Assembly (NCBI RefSeq): GCF_006345805.1
Contig: NC_042997.1
Span: 185,194,001-185,258,000, forward strand
Reading direction: 5' to 3'
Length of the DNA stretch: 64,000 nt
Origin: Octopus sinensis
Lineage: Eukaryota
Shown: positions 26,324 through 39,372 of the stretch, one piece after another
Position numbering within the stretch: position 1 is the stretch's first letter
How the letters are laid out: each line of letters opens with the position of its first letter
Position numbers and translations under genes: made by a program
Notes under the pieces: generated by a model
What the model was told of the DNA's origin: nothing
Databases searched by the model: none
The model's input: only the letters and a program-made list of their open reading frames with translations

Positions 26324-26966
26324 GGATCTTTACCTTTTGACCTACAGATTTAAAAAATAATTTTTTGTAACCAAACACTTTCAAACTTGGGACACTGGTA
26401 GAATGTGTCATATAAAACATCTTTTACTTTTAGCATTTTTGAGAAAAACTTATATTTACGAAATTATTTCACGTTAAAGTTCTCGTATTTCGGTAATTTC
26501 GACCATTCAATGACGCGTATTCAGTTGAATGAAGCTATTGCTGTTGTTTGTCAACAAGAACTTCCAGCGGTGTATATTTCGTTTGTCACTGTTATTTATG
26601 ACAACCCTAAACCTAAAACCCTAATCCTAAATCCTTAACCCCAACCCTAACCCTAAAACACTAACCCTAACCCTAACACCCTAACCATAAAACCTTAAAA
26701 CCAGTACAAACGCACGAACAATGTCATCAATAACAGTGACAAACGAAAAATACACCGCCGATAGTTGTTGTTGACAAACAACAGTAGTAATTTTATTCAG
26801 CTGAATACACGTCATTGATTGGTTGAAATTACCGAAATACGAGAAATTTAACGTGAAATAACTTCTTAAATATAAGTTTTTCTCAAAATTCCTAAGAGTA
26901 AAAGATGTTTTATATGACACATTCTACCAGTGTCCAAAGTTTGAAAGTGTTTAGTTAAAGAAAATC
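26324..26966. mobile_element. Foldback MITE with ~243-bp inverted arms, central (CCCTAA)-like repeats and 8-bp TSD (Merlin-like)
   Basis: Starts GGATCTTT. Arms 26360-26602 and 26722-26965. TSD ATTGGTGG at 26316-26323 and 26967-26974. Outer part of the right TIR is deleted. Confidence 0.85.
26603..26702 (+). repeat. Degenerate telomere-like (CCCTAA)n inside the MITE
   Basis: AACCCTAAACCTAAAACCCTAATCCTAA...CCCTAACCCTAA. Confidence 0.88.
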
Positions 26967-27013
26967 ATTGGTGGTCTTGTGCCAACGTTTGAAGACATTA
27001 TTTTAATTATCAT

Positions 27014-27455
27014 TAAAGCAGAGAGTTGGCAGAATCGTAAGCATGCCTGGCAAATGCTTAGAGGAATTTCGTTCAGTTTTACGTTGAGATAGATTTCCGC
27101 CGTGGTAGACTTTGCCTTTCATCTTTTCGCAGTCGGTAAAATGTACCAATTGGGCGCTGTATCGATGTAATCGACGTACCCTTCTCCCAACTCTTAGGCT
27201 TTGTTCCTATAGAAGAAAGGATTATTCCATTTACTAAGGTGGCGAACTGGCCGAATCATTAACATATCGGACAAAATGGTTAGCGACATTTCGTCCGTCT
27301 TTACATTCTGAGTTCAAATTCCGCAGAGATCGACTTTGCATTTCATCCTTCGGGGACAATGAAATAAGTACTAGTGGAACACTGGAGTCGCTGTCATCGA
27401 TTCATCCTCTTCTCTCCAAATTTCATGCTTTGTGTCTATAGTAGAAAGGATTATT
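27014..27455 (+). mobile_element. Two adjacent SINE family C copies (27014-27225, 27235-27455)
   Basis: Each has a GCTGGCAGAA-like head, the core and a CTATAG(A/T)AGAAAGGATTATT tail. Confidence 0.8.
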
Positions 27456-28971
27456 GTTGTTTTTGTTGTTGCCGTGGTTAGGGTTGGTCGATTAGCAGAA
27501 CTGATCAAGTAAATTCGATGAAATACGTACCAGTTAAATATTTAGGCCAATTTAATCGAATAACACCCAATCCACATTTGCTGTCTTCTACCTAAATTAG
27601 AAACTGTACTATTATTTTTACGGCGAATGGCAAAATAACAGAGTTCGTGACATAGTCTGTTTGAAACATATTTTTCCTATCTATCAACTCATCCATTTTT
27701 GTACAATTACACATTCACAGATAAATGCTCTTTACAATTTCAATTACGACCACTATCTTCTCGTTTCTGCTTGTCTGTTGTACTTTTATATAAGACAATC
27801 TTTTCAGGTTTAGATTGCAATCTGGCGCCAGCTTGTTTGGCATTGCATGGATCATTGACTTGATATAAAAGAGAAGAAATCTAGTCTTTAGTTTTTGCAA
27901 GAAAAAGTATGGTATCACTATTATGATCGGCGTGTCCAGTAAGGTATCAGTAATAAGTTAACCTGTTTAAAGTTAGTCGCTACAACATTGGTTTGATACT
28001 GACACCTTGTAACAGATTTGATTATGAGATTTGAAAAGAATATTGTTGTAAGCCATTGAAATTCACTGACATTAAAGATAAAGATCTGGCAATATTTCCT
28101 CATCATAAAGTTTAAATAGAGAAATATAATACAAATACAGAAGCAAAACATGAAAAGGTACGAGAAAAAGAAATAAAAGAGAAATATGAAAAGCCACATT
28201 AGAAAAATTACAAAGAAAACAAAAGCTAAAGAGGAAACATAGCATGAGATATATTTGTTTGTTAGAATTGATCAAATGGAGAGATAATGAATGAAAGGAA
28301 AGAAACTAAAAATGTGTGTCCTTCTGCAGAAACAATAGATAATTCCACTTCATCACTCACATTACTTCAGGTCTCAAGTAATCATATCAGTAATGTAATT
28401 ATTAATGAAAATCAACAATGGTACACACACCAACACGGATACACACAAATTTAAATAAATTTATTATTGAGTGGGTGTTGTGTTGCATCATGCATCTGTC
28501 CTTAGCCCGCCTAGAGTTTATAATGAAATTTGTAAACATAATTATTTAAAATTTGTACACGGTAAAGTTCTGAGTATATTTTAAAAAAACGAAAACTTTA
28601 TTCAAAATAGGTGTTCCAGGTTCGAATAGCGAAAATGAAGGCTATTTTTTATTATTTAATATTGTAATCTATTCTCTTTTAGGAAATTCAATTTCATCTC
28701 TGTAGACTGCCTAAGGACTTTGACTTGGCTTTCTGTTGATGTTCGGCATTTGTTTTCCTTACTGCTCAGGTCTTTGCTATTATTAATTTTAACCTTGAAC
28801 ATGGAAACCTAAAACCAAAGCATTTCCAGTCATCTCCTGCCAGTTTCTAGGTGCAACTAAGAAAATATTAACTAATGCATTATTTAATTATTTCATGGTC
28901 TAGGGATGATGTGATTCAGATGTGATTGCAATTTCCACGATGTTCAGCGACTCCATAGGTATTTCGTCATT

Positions 28972-29380
28972 GGACCTTTTCGGTTTGAACGGCAGTTTTT
29001 AACATAATTTCTAGGTAACTAAAAAATGTTAAACTTCGTATACTGATAGAATGAGTTTATAAAACATCTTTTTCTCTTGACTTTATTGAGAAAATTCTAT
29101 AGTTTGTAAGATATTTGTTGTTTTTTCTTCAATTTCTGCAATTTCAACCAATCAAACACGTCTATTGAGGTAAAAAATATTCTGTGCCGTATGAATATGT
29201 TCCTCGTTTAAGAAACAGGTTGGGTTTATTTACATTTGTGAAGAAAAAAAAGATACCATTCCTCCCACCCTAACCTTAAAACAGATTGAAATGCAACAGA
29301 TCGATACTAGGGTCATAATTATGGGTGTCAATTTCATATGACACCGCTAGAAAAAACTGCCGTTCAAACCGAAAAGATCC
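28972..29380. mobile_element. MITE with ~29-bp TIRs and 8-bp TSD (Merlin-like), related to the 26324 element
   Basis: TIRs GGA(C/T)CTTTTCGGTTTGAACGGCAGTTTTT. TSD TCGTCATT at 28964-28971 and 29381-29388. Internal similarity to the 26324 arms. Confidence 0.9.
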
Positions 29381-30032
29381 TCGTCATTGGTTAAACACTG
29401 TAAGATTTATTTGAATTAATCAAAGTATTAAACACATTACATACCGTTTAAAATCTGGGTAAAGGAATCTATGTTTGTGTTCAGATGGATACAGCGGGTT
29501 AGTATAAAGAAGCACTGTAAAATTGAGTCTAATTCATCAAACTTTTAGAAAAAAATCACGTCTGTGAGAAAACTTCTTGTGTTATGACAGCTATGACGTG
29601 GTAAACAGGACGTATATAAGTTCACCCAAAATTACAGACGCCCTTGACCTCGTTAGTCAACGCGTGCGTGCATGCAGACGTCTTTGCGAAAGCAGAACGG
29701 ACGTACTTTTATTTTTATTAATCTCACAAACACGAATATGTGAAAAATCAATCAATCAATCAATCAATCAATACGTCAAAATCTGAATTTTAAAAACCAA
29801 TGGCAAGGTCACTAAAACGTACAGCACATCAAAATTTTGGCCAAAACATACAGTTTTTTTTACGAACGTAGAGTTACTAGAAGCGCTGACCAACAGATGT
29901 TTCCTGGTTCTTTGCTCTGAGTACAGCTCAACGCCATGTTACTTTCATATCTCATCCACCAAAACATCTTCCACGTATTTATTCATCAACTGCGTCTTCT
30001 TTCAGTTTGTTAATCTATAAGTGGAGGCTTAT

Positions 30033-30466
30033 ATTTCGTCTGCCGTTACGTTCTGAGTTCAAATTCCGCCGAGGTCGACTTTGCCTTTCATCCTTACGGG
30101 GTCGATAAATTAAGTACCAGTAACGCACTGGGGTCGATATAATCGACTTAATCCGTTTGTCCGTTCTTGTTTGTCCTCTCTGTGTTTAGCCCCTTGTGGG
30201 TAGTAAAAAAATAGGTATTTCGTCTGTCTCTTTAAAGGCGGCGAGTTGGCAGAAACGTTAGCGCGTCGGGCGAAATACTTAGCGGTATTTCGCCTGTCGT
30301 TACGTTCTGAATTCAAATTCCGCCGAGGTCGACTTTGCCTTTCATCCTTTCGGAGTCGATAAATTAAGTACCAGTAACGCACTGGGGTCGATATAATCGA
30401 CTTAACCCGATTGCCTGTCCTTGTTTGTCCCCTCTGTGTTTAACCCCTTGTGGGTAGTAAAGAAAT
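30033..30466 (+). mobile_element. Tandem SINE family C (headless unit plus complete unit)
   Basis: Core GTCGACTTTGCCTTTCATCC appears twice with the same long tail ending GGGTAGTAAA.AAATA. Confidence 0.88.
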
Positions 30467-31482
30467 ATATAAGTGTAGGCTTATCTATGTGGTTAAGAAG
30501 TTTGTTTCACAACCACGTAATTTTGTATTAAGTCTCGCTACACGACACTTGAGGCAAATGTCATAATATTCTATTATAACCTCTGGCTAATTAAAATCTT
30601 ATTAGTAAATTTCATTAAGGAAAACTTTGTGTGTGTGTGTGTGCAGTTTTGTGACCGCCTCATCACTTGAAAACTACTGTTGGTTTGTTTATGTCTCCCT
30701 CTAGCCAGACTTAAAACAAGCTCTTGGATAAATTTTTTCGATGAAGCTCCTCTAGGCAGTACCTCAGAATGGCGACATTCCACTGATTGAAACAAATAAT
30801 ACAACAAAAGAATAAATAAGTTTCTAAAAGAGTAAGGGGTAGCAGGTGGGGGTGGCGAAGTTAATATTGAGAAAATATACCTTGCAGTCTATGTTTACTT
30901 TCGTTAACATTCTGAGCTGAAGCCGTACCAAAGAATGACAAAGATAATATGCTCTGAGCATGAAGTTTCAGACAGAATAGAAACTATTAAATAAAGTTAT
31001 ATAAGTGGACATAACAGATTTGTATGCTTGCATCGCCGAATATCGTGTAGGCCAGATTGCAGTATTTGTTGCTGCTGTTTAGCCCCAGGTCAGCCTTGGT
31101 CGAACAGAGCTATGATCAAAGGCATTCCAGTCGTGAATACCCCGTCTATTTTTTTTATGCATAGGACATTCAGGAATATATTATCCAACGTGTTGATTTA
31201 TAAGGCGGTGGCGTATTGTTTTTCTTTGAAGGGTAGAGGGTATTCAGCTGCGATTTCTTGCAGGAGTACTACCAAGTATAATGCACACTCATTGGCACAC
31301 GCACGCAAAGTTGATTGTTACAGTGTGTTACAGGAAGCGATTTGTTTATTATCACTAGTAGGCTCAGTTGACATTTTGAGATCGTCTTCATTGACTGTTA
31401 CACATACATACGCACTCACGCACACACGCACACACACACACAGACACACACATACACACGCACACGCACATCATTACATTCT

Positions 31483-31732
31483 TCTTTACGTTCTGAGTTC
31501 AGATTCAGTTGTGGTAGACTTTAGCTTTTATCCCTTTCGGAGTAGATAAAAGAAATACCAGTTGAGTACTAGGGTCAATGGAATCGATTTATCTCTACCC
31601 CCGAAATGGCCTTGTGCCAAAATTTGAAAGCATAAGGCGGCAAGTTGCTAGAATCTTTAGCACACCAGGCAAAATGCTTAGCAGCATTTCGTCTGTCTTT
31701 ATGTTCTGAGTTTAAATGCTACTGAGGTCGAT
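31483..31732 (+). mobile_element. SINE family C fragments
   Basis: Headless copy 31483-31632 and head-only copy 31634-31732. Confidence 0.72.
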
Positions 31733-31768
31733 ATATGTATGTATGTATGTATGTATGTATATATATAC

Positions 31769-31822
<54 letters not shown>

Positions 31823-31834
31823 TCCTTTTCTGTG

Positions 31835-31875
31835 TTCCTTTCTGTAGAAGAGCGTAGGCTCGAAACGTTAAGGAC
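31835..31875 (+). ncRNA. Penelope-type minimal hammerhead-like motif (degenerate core)
   Basis: TCCTTT-CTGTAGA-A-GAGC GTAG GCTC-GAAACGTT-AAGGA. Confidence 0.45.
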
Positions 31876-32043
31876 TTTTTCACTTAGTGAGCATTATACT
31901 AATACATCTGTATGTTGTCTACATCACCTGTCTTCATCTTTTGTTTTTTGTGAATTTTAGCTATATATATATATGTGACCGCGCGCTTCTCATTGGCGAT
32001 TTTTTCCCTCCGTCTTCCCTTCCTTGGATCTTTCCTTTTCCTA

Positions 32044-32080
32044 TGTTTCTGACGAAGAGCTCCGCTCGAAACGTTAAATC
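32044..32080 (+). ncRNA. Penelope-type minimal hammerhead-like motif (intact core)
   Basis: GTTT-CTGACGA-A-GAGC TCC GCTC-GAAACGTT-AAAT, with palindromic ACGT as stem III. Confidence 0.55.
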
Positions 32081-32865
32081 CTCCTTCTTTCTTTCCTTTC
32101 CTGAGCGTCCAATAACACTATACTTGTTCCACGTCCTCGTGTTGTGTTTTCTCTTTGTGTTTTCGTGTTTAGATTAACTATATATATATGTGTTATACTA
32201 ATTATCTTTTTTTAATAATTTTGATATATATTTAAAATAATATAAATTAATTAATCTTATGTATTGGCTTAAGTTTTTCATTGTATGATTTGCCTAATAG
32301 TGGTTTTATCTCTAATTTAATATAATATAATATTTTACTATAAAATTGGATTCAATCCTAAATCTGGTTTTTCCCTGTAAGTTTGGATTTATTCCCTAAT
32401 ATTTTATTATATATATATATATATATACATATATATAAGGAAGGCTTCTTTCAGTTTCCGTCTACCAAACACCAGCAAGATGCTTTGTTCAATCCCGGGC
32501 TATAGTATAAAACCCTTACAGAAAGTGCCACATTAACAATATCCCATAATATAATGTATCTAAATAACGATAAAATGATACAGAAACATGTTAACGACAC
32601 AAATCTCTGAACATAAGAAACACAGAGTCAAGTTGCGAACTTTTATGCTACCGATTGATATGCTAAAAATAGCAACCTAACCCGGTTAAATCATTCAATA
32701 AGGAAACATTAGTCCATATAGTCTTAGATATAAAAACAGTTACGAGTAGGATGGAAACACCAATAGACATTGAGTATTTTTGACCGTAGTGTGCACTCAA
32801 TACGATAAATGCTTGTGAGACCCATCGTACGCATACGGATTTTCGCTCAGAAATGGATAAAAAGT

Positions 32866-32872
32866 GCTGCTG

Positions 32873-32924
<52 letters not shown>

Positions 32925-32953
32925 CACTACTACTACTACTGCTGCTGCTGCTG

Positions 32954-33002
<49 letters not shown>
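32866..33002. repeat. (CTA)n/(CTG)n microsatellite
   Basis: Directly visible. Confidence 0.95.
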
Positions 33003-33003
<1 letters not shown>

Positions 33004-33080
33004 GTTCAAATATACAAAAGAAAAAGTCAGGTGAAGGAACAAGTATGTGTATTACTTTGATACACGAGTAAAATGGAGAA

Positions 33081-33120
33081 GTCTTTGACGTTTCGAGCCT
33101 ACGCTCTTCGACAGAAAGGA
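33081..33120 (-). ncRNA. Penelope-type minimal hammerhead-like motif
   Basis: Minus strand CCTTT-CTGTCGA-A-GAGC GTAG GCTC-GAAACGTC-AAAGAC. GUC triplet; A6 replaced by U. Confidence 0.5.
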
Positions 33121-33189
33121 ATGACAAGAAATAAAATGGAGAGAGAGAAAAAAAGTCATGTCGGGATCGATGGTTCCACATTACTACAT

Positions 33190-33238
<49 letters not shown>

Positions 33239-34007
33239 CACTGCTGCTGATGGTCATGATAATGATGCTAATGGTTTCTAATATTTTCTGCTTGATATTG
33301 ATTTCTAATACAATAACAATAATTAAAAAAAATATATATTATATTATTTTCTAAAAAAATGATAATTAAACATATGGAATGAAATAAAAGTAGCAAAAAA
33401 ATCGAAATAATTTGGAAGCAGCAAAAAATAAAAAAATTACTTGAAAATTTCAAAATGTAATGTACATTAAATGGGAATACCATGCATGATATGCTGCATG
33501 TGTGCAACAGTTAGTTCAAATGTCATTGCAATGAGCAGCTAATATCTTCTGTAATTAATGGCGTTATAATGATTGACAGCAAAATTTTATTGTTAGATAT
33601 ATTTTTATTAACAAGGATTTTTCTGAATACATGATTACTCTTTCGAGTTAATCAGGAATTAAAATGCAAATCGGCGGCTGATAAATCATTTAATGATGTA
33701 AATTAAGGGAAATAAATAGTTATTAAATCCCCCCTTTTTTTGTTTATTAATTTGCATATTTTCAATGTTTTATATGCTTCACGTTTCTGCGGATATTATA
33801 ATACCTTATATAGGCAACCACCCAGGAAAAGGAAAAGCACTTGTTTGTGGGTGAGAGCGTGTAAATTTGGTTAAATGAATACAAATAGTTGATTGGTACG
33901 CCATGTTTTATTGAGTCTAGCACGATGAAAGCAGAATTCTGGCCTAGCAGACGGTGAAATGTAAACAGGCGTCAACAACTACAGTAAGCTATATTATATG
34001 ATTGGGG

Positions 34008-34206
34008 TTAAGGCGGTGAGCCTATAGAATCTCTAGCATGCCGGGCAAAATGCCTAGCGGCATTTCGTTCGTCTTCACGTGCAAGGGTTCAAATTCCGCC
34101 GGGGTCGACTTTAATAAAATGAGTACCAGATGAGCACTGGGGGTCGATTTAATCGATTAATCCCCTCACCCCGAAATTAATGGCATTGTGCCAAAATATG
34201 AAACCA
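34008..34206 (+). mobile_element. SINE family C
   Basis: Head TAAGGCGGTGAG, GTTCAAATTCCGCC box, tail TTGTGCCAAAATATGAAACC. Confidence 0.82.
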
Positions 34207-34846
34207 GTTACAGACATGACTAACCAATTTCAATGAATGGGCCGCATGAGACAAGACACGTCTCGGGCCGCACTACTGAAAATATTCAAGGTAATTTATC
34301 GGTAGGCTTGCGATTCAGAAAGTCACTAGGGCCTCTGATTGCCTCGTATAACCAATCATTTGGCTGCGTACCGATTCTCTCGTATAAATCTTACCCCGAG
34401 AGGTATTTCCAATCACAATGACAAATTATTATAAGTATAGCCGGGCACTTTGTTCATTGCTTTAGCGATTCTTTCATCCTATTAATGACTCCACACATTG
34501 ATACATGACTTTCTACAATCTTTTTTGATCAGGAAGTGACATCATCTAAATATTTCACTGTATATATTCAGTTAAGTTAAAATGTTTTATATCCTGGTAT
34601 TGGATATGTTTTTATTTTAAGACAGTAGTGTGTATATTTAAGAGAATTCATCTACTTCGTAGAGACAGGTTGGTTCGAAAACATAACATGTTTTTGCTGT
34701 AGTTGTTGGTATTAACGAATCATACGAATTCCTTGCATTACATGAAAATCTATAAATGAAAATCCTTCAATCAGTAGTATTTTAAACTTTGGGGGAATAC
34801 GGTAACTAGTTTCAGATCTTCATTATGTAAAGGGACTTGAATGATG

Positions 34847-35138
34847 GTGGAGGCACATGGCCTAGCGGTTAGAGCAGCGGACTCGCGGGTTCGAATCTCA
34901 GACCGGACGATGTGTGTGTTTATGAGCGAAACACCTAAGCTACACGCGGCTCCGGCAGAAGGTAAAGCCGAAATTCTGCTGACTCTTTCGCCACAACTTT
35001 CTCTAACTCTTTCCTCCTACATCTTGCAGCTCACTTGCGACGGACCGGTGTCCCGTCCAGGTGGGGAACCTATACGCGAAGGAAACCGGGAAACCGGCCC
35101 TAATGAGCCAGGCATGGCTCGAGAAGGAACAAACAAAC
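34847..35138 (+). mobile_element. SINE family B (subtype B2)
   Basis: GTGGAGGCACATGGCCTAGCGGTTAGAGCAGC head; matches 46054 and 56233. Confidence 0.9.
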
Positions 35139-35444
35139 TTGAATGATGACATGTAAATCGGTGAGAAAAGGTGAAGCTGTATGAGAGTCAACAGTTGAAT
35201 AATCTAAAATTGTTCAGTGTGAGGGTCTCTTTTAGAACTTAGTGAGGGAGGGAAAGAATATTCATGGTTTGACAGCTTTCTGAAGTTACCCTCAACTTAA
35301 TGGTTGGTACAGAGTAAACTGCGCTAAAAGTAGTTCAATCTAATTAGGTTGTGCTGTTAAATCAGATGATATTTTAAATCTAACGCTCGGGAAATTAGGT
35401 CTCAAAGAGCTGGAATAAATATACAGTTCACCATCTAGGACTGG

Positions 35445-35669
35445 TACTCGTTACTCGTTTACTCGTTTACTTGTTTCAGTCATTTGACTGCGGCCATGCT
35501 GGAGCACCGCCTTTAGTCGATCAAATCAACCCCGGGACTTATTCTTTGTAAGCCCAGTACTTATTCTATCGGTCTCATTTGCCGAACCGCTAAGTGACGG
35601 GGACGTAAACACGCCAGCATCGGTTGTCAAGCAATGTTATGGGGGACAAACACCGACACACAAACATAT

Positions 35670-35702
<33 letters not shown>

Positions 35703-35870
35703 CATATATGCGACAGGCTTCTTTCAGTTTCCGTCTACCAAATCCACTCACAAGACATTGGTCCGCCCGGGGGCTATAGCAGAAGACACTTGCCCAAGAT
35801 GCCACACAGTGGGACTGAACCCGGAACCATGTGGTTGGTTAGCAAGCTACTTACCACACAGCCACTCCTG
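35445..35870 (-). mobile_element. SINE family A
   Basis: Full-length reverse-complement match. Confidence 0.9.
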
Positions 35871-36109
35871 GTAGTTTATTTTATCGATACTGAAAGGATT
35901 AAAAATAAAGCTGAGGTCGGTGAGACTTTAATTCAGAACGTAAAGGGCTGTAAGAAATCCCGCAAGACAGTTTCTCCTACTACCGCACGACTATGTTAAT
36001 TCATTGGCCATAAAGGATTTGGAATGGGGTTATGGGGAACAAGGAACAAAATCAACGGAAGGATGGAAAGAACATCACTTCAAATTGAAGATTAGCGAAA
36101 TATTGGATT

Positions 36110-36530
36110 CACATTTTGGCAAGAGGTCAGCAGTTTCGGGGTAGAGGTAAGTCAATTATATTGACCATAATATTCAAATAGTACTTACTTTATCAACCCC
36201 GGAAGGAAGAAAGGCAAAGCTGACCTCTGCGGAATTTGAACTCAGAACGTAAAGATTGACGAAATGCCACTATACATTTTTCCCGGCGTACTAAAGATTC
36301 TGCCAGCTCACTGGCTTCAGAAAGATTTGCATATTTGCTTCAAATTTAGGCACAAGGCTAGCAGTTTTATAGGAAGGAGGATGTCGATCACATCGACACC
36401 AGTCTTCGACTGGTACTTATTTTACCGACTCTGAAAGGATGAAAGGCAAAGTCGACCTCAATGGAATTCGAACTCTGAACACAAAGTCAGAGAAAATGTT
36501 GCTAAGTATTTTAGTCAGCGCGCTAACGAT
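36110..36530 (-). mobile_element. Two SINE family C copies (36110-36318, 36340-36530)
   Basis: Reverse-complement cores, each with head and tail. Confidence 0.8.
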
Positions 36531-36535
36531 TCTTA

Positions 36536-37126
36536 TTTCTTTATTGCCCTCAAGGGGCTAAACATGGAGGAGACAAACAAGAACAGAAAAAGGGACTAAG
36601 TCGATTACATTGACCCCAGTGCGTAAGCGGTACTTAATTTATCGACCCTGAGAGGATGAAAGGCACAGTCGACATCGGCGGAATTTGAACTCAGAACGTA
36701 ACGGCAGACAAAATACCTATTTTTTTACTACAAACAAGGGGCTAAACACAGAGAGGACAAACAAGGACAGCCAAATGGATTAAGTCGATTATATCGACCC
36801 CAGTGCGTAACTGGTACTTATCTAATCGACTCCGAATGGATGAAAGTCGACCTTGGCTGAATTTTAACTCAGAACGTAGCGGTAGACGAAATACCCATTT
36901 CTTTACTACCCACAAGGGGCTAAACAAAGAGAGGAGAAACAAGGACAGACAAACAGATTAAGTTGTTTATATCGACTCCAGTGTGTAACTGGTACTTAAT
37001 TTATCGACCTGAAAGGATGAAAGGCAAAGTCGATCTCGGCGGAATTTGAACTCAGAACGTAGCGGCAGACGAAATACGGCAACGCATTTCGCCCGGCGTG
37101 CTAACGTTTCTGCCGGATCACTGCCT
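36536..37126 (-). mobile_element. SINE family C triple tandem (~180-bp units) with a single head
   Basis: Units at about 36536-36720, 36721-36899 and 36900-37077. The head (CCCGGCGTGCTAACGTTTCTGCC..GCCTTA) occurs only at 37078-37126. Confidence 0.9.
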
Positions 37127-38530
37127 TACATTACCATAATATCGAAGAATCAAATCTTTTTTCGTGATTTCTACTGTCCTAGTTCCTTAAAACGTCTTCT
37201 GAAAAATCTCTTCCTTCCATAAAAATCTATCTTGATATTGTTTGCAACCCTATATTCTTCAAGACAATATCGTCCTACGTCTACCGCATCGATCTCTTCA
37301 GCTGAATCAAGACGTTGCAAAGGTCACTAGCATTGCAGCTTCTACTCCTGCTTATGAAACATAAACAGTGTACTGACCCCATTCACTTAGACGTACGCTC
37401 CACCCTTTAGTATATAATATGAATATGATTACTGATGTATCACAAACCAACAATCAAAAGGCCATACCGCCACCGCCATACACTTCAGCCTACATTAAAA
37501 TACACTGTAAAGCCGACTACTTCACATTCAGATGTATTTATACTTGAATACGTGAAATAAAGACAAATATGTATTTATCTATTTCTCGCCATTGGTGCCA
37601 GAAAATAGTCAATTGTTTGACCTTTCTCTGATGACCTTTACTTAACCCTGCTGACTTTTATCCAGGAAATCCGGTACCTATTCCCGTCACTTAGGTAAAC
37701 TGAAGCAATGTAAAAAGAATGTGTTTTTGCTGAGAAATGACTTTGAAATTGCAACCACACATACACACACGCACACAAACACACACATATATATTCATAT
37801 ATACGTACACTCATACACACATATACATATATACATACATAGATTCATAAAAGCATGCATTCATGCAAACAAACATGCTTACGTGTGTGCATGCATACAT
37901 ATCTACATACACGAATATATATATATATATATATAATATATATATATATATATAATATTATATATATATATATATATATACATATATATATTAAAATTTA
38001 TATTGCATACATGCGCATATATACAAACAAAAACTATTGGATATTCTGGCGGTTTCGAGGAGGAGCGTGCAACTAACTGATTTACTTAATTTTTTTAATA
38101 ATAAAGCAAGTGGCTGAGTATGCCCTAGGGACCTGTGCCCGTAACATAATTACCCCAAGCAAGCCCAGCGCGGCACATAATGTGACATGACTGACCGTTA
38201 GAATTATAGGTACAGTCGATTCAGTTAGTGTTTGATTCATGCTCGATTTTACTCAGATGCTGTCAGGAGATCCGCAGGTAATGTAGAAGTCAGAAGGTAC
38301 CATGTCGAGGAACCGAAACCGAGATTTTATTATTGCAAAGTGAAATTCTTAACATCTCAGTCATACATGCATAGAACATTATATTCATCTCTACAGAGAC
38401 TCACACACATGCATACATATATATGTGTGCGTGTTTGTGTGAATACACTTACAAACATACGTACGTATGAGTTGGGTTTATATATAGCTATATTTCTATA
38501 CATACATGCATCTATGCATAATGTCTTTAA

Positions 38531-38916
38531 TCTCTCTCTATATAAACGGCAGTTTGTCTGTGCGTGTTTCTGTGTGTCTGTTTTCTCGTACCCTCACCCT
38601 GACCACGGCTTTCAACCGATTCTGATGAAACTTGACACACACATAGCCCAATGTCATAATTCAAAACTAACGCAGCGAAAATTTTGAAAAGTTCCCCCAG
38701 TTCTGAAAAAAAATCGATAAATTCGACATGGGGTCGAGAATCAGGAATACGAACCACAAACTGTCTAGGGGACGCAACTCTACCTTTTTTAAATCTCAAA
38801 AAAAATTTACCATCATTTTTTTCCATTTTTTTTGCTATTTTTTGGCTATAACTCTCTAAAAATGCTTTATAGTTATTTCCCTTACAAACCTGAGCAACGC
38901 CGGGCGATACTGCTAG
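38531..38916 (+). mobile_element. Non-autonomous Helitron
   Basis: A|TCTCTCTCTATATAAA 5' end. 3' end CCTGAGCAACGCCGGGCGATACTGCTAG|T, shared with the 2172 element. Confidence 0.85.
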
Positions 38917-39372
38917 TATATATATATATACTCTTATAATCTTACAAACAGATACACATCACATAGGTGTACTTATCCAAAATTAGATTTGTATCTGTCT
39001 AATAACGAACTGCATCACAGTCATCCGAAAGGTTGTGAGCTTGCATCCCGTATTTGAACTTTATACTGTATCATATATGCGGAAAGGCTTAAAACCACAC
39101 GGCTGAAAATATCTAACTAGAATAGTTGTACTCTAAACGCTTAACTACATGATTATGTATTGGATAATGGCGAATGATTATATTTAAATAATTCATGATT
39201 ATTTTACAGAAACTGAATTTAAGCCCCATATTAGATAGGAGAAAACAACAGTTACTAATTTCAGTGTTCCGAGGTGGATTAGTATGTTGTCCCTAACTCA
39301 ATATTGCCGCTAAGCATTTTCGACCAAATTCAGCTTTACGTATAGATTTTCAATTTACGTAATAATTCATTC

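Larger units (their letters stand above)
26170..27000 (+). mobile_element. SINE family C, interrupted by the MITE at 26324-26966
   Basis: Core at 26215-26275. The tail resumes after the MITE as ATTGGTGGTCTTGTGCCAACGTTTGAA. Confidence 0.75.

Noticed and set aside
26603-26702. Interstitial telomere or chromosome fusion scar
   Set aside because: The repeats are degenerate and enclosed by MITE arms with a TSD.
38257-38277. Possible 21-nt microexon (TTTTACTCAG|ATGCTG...CAG|GTAATG)
   Set aside because: Too short to assess without transcript data.
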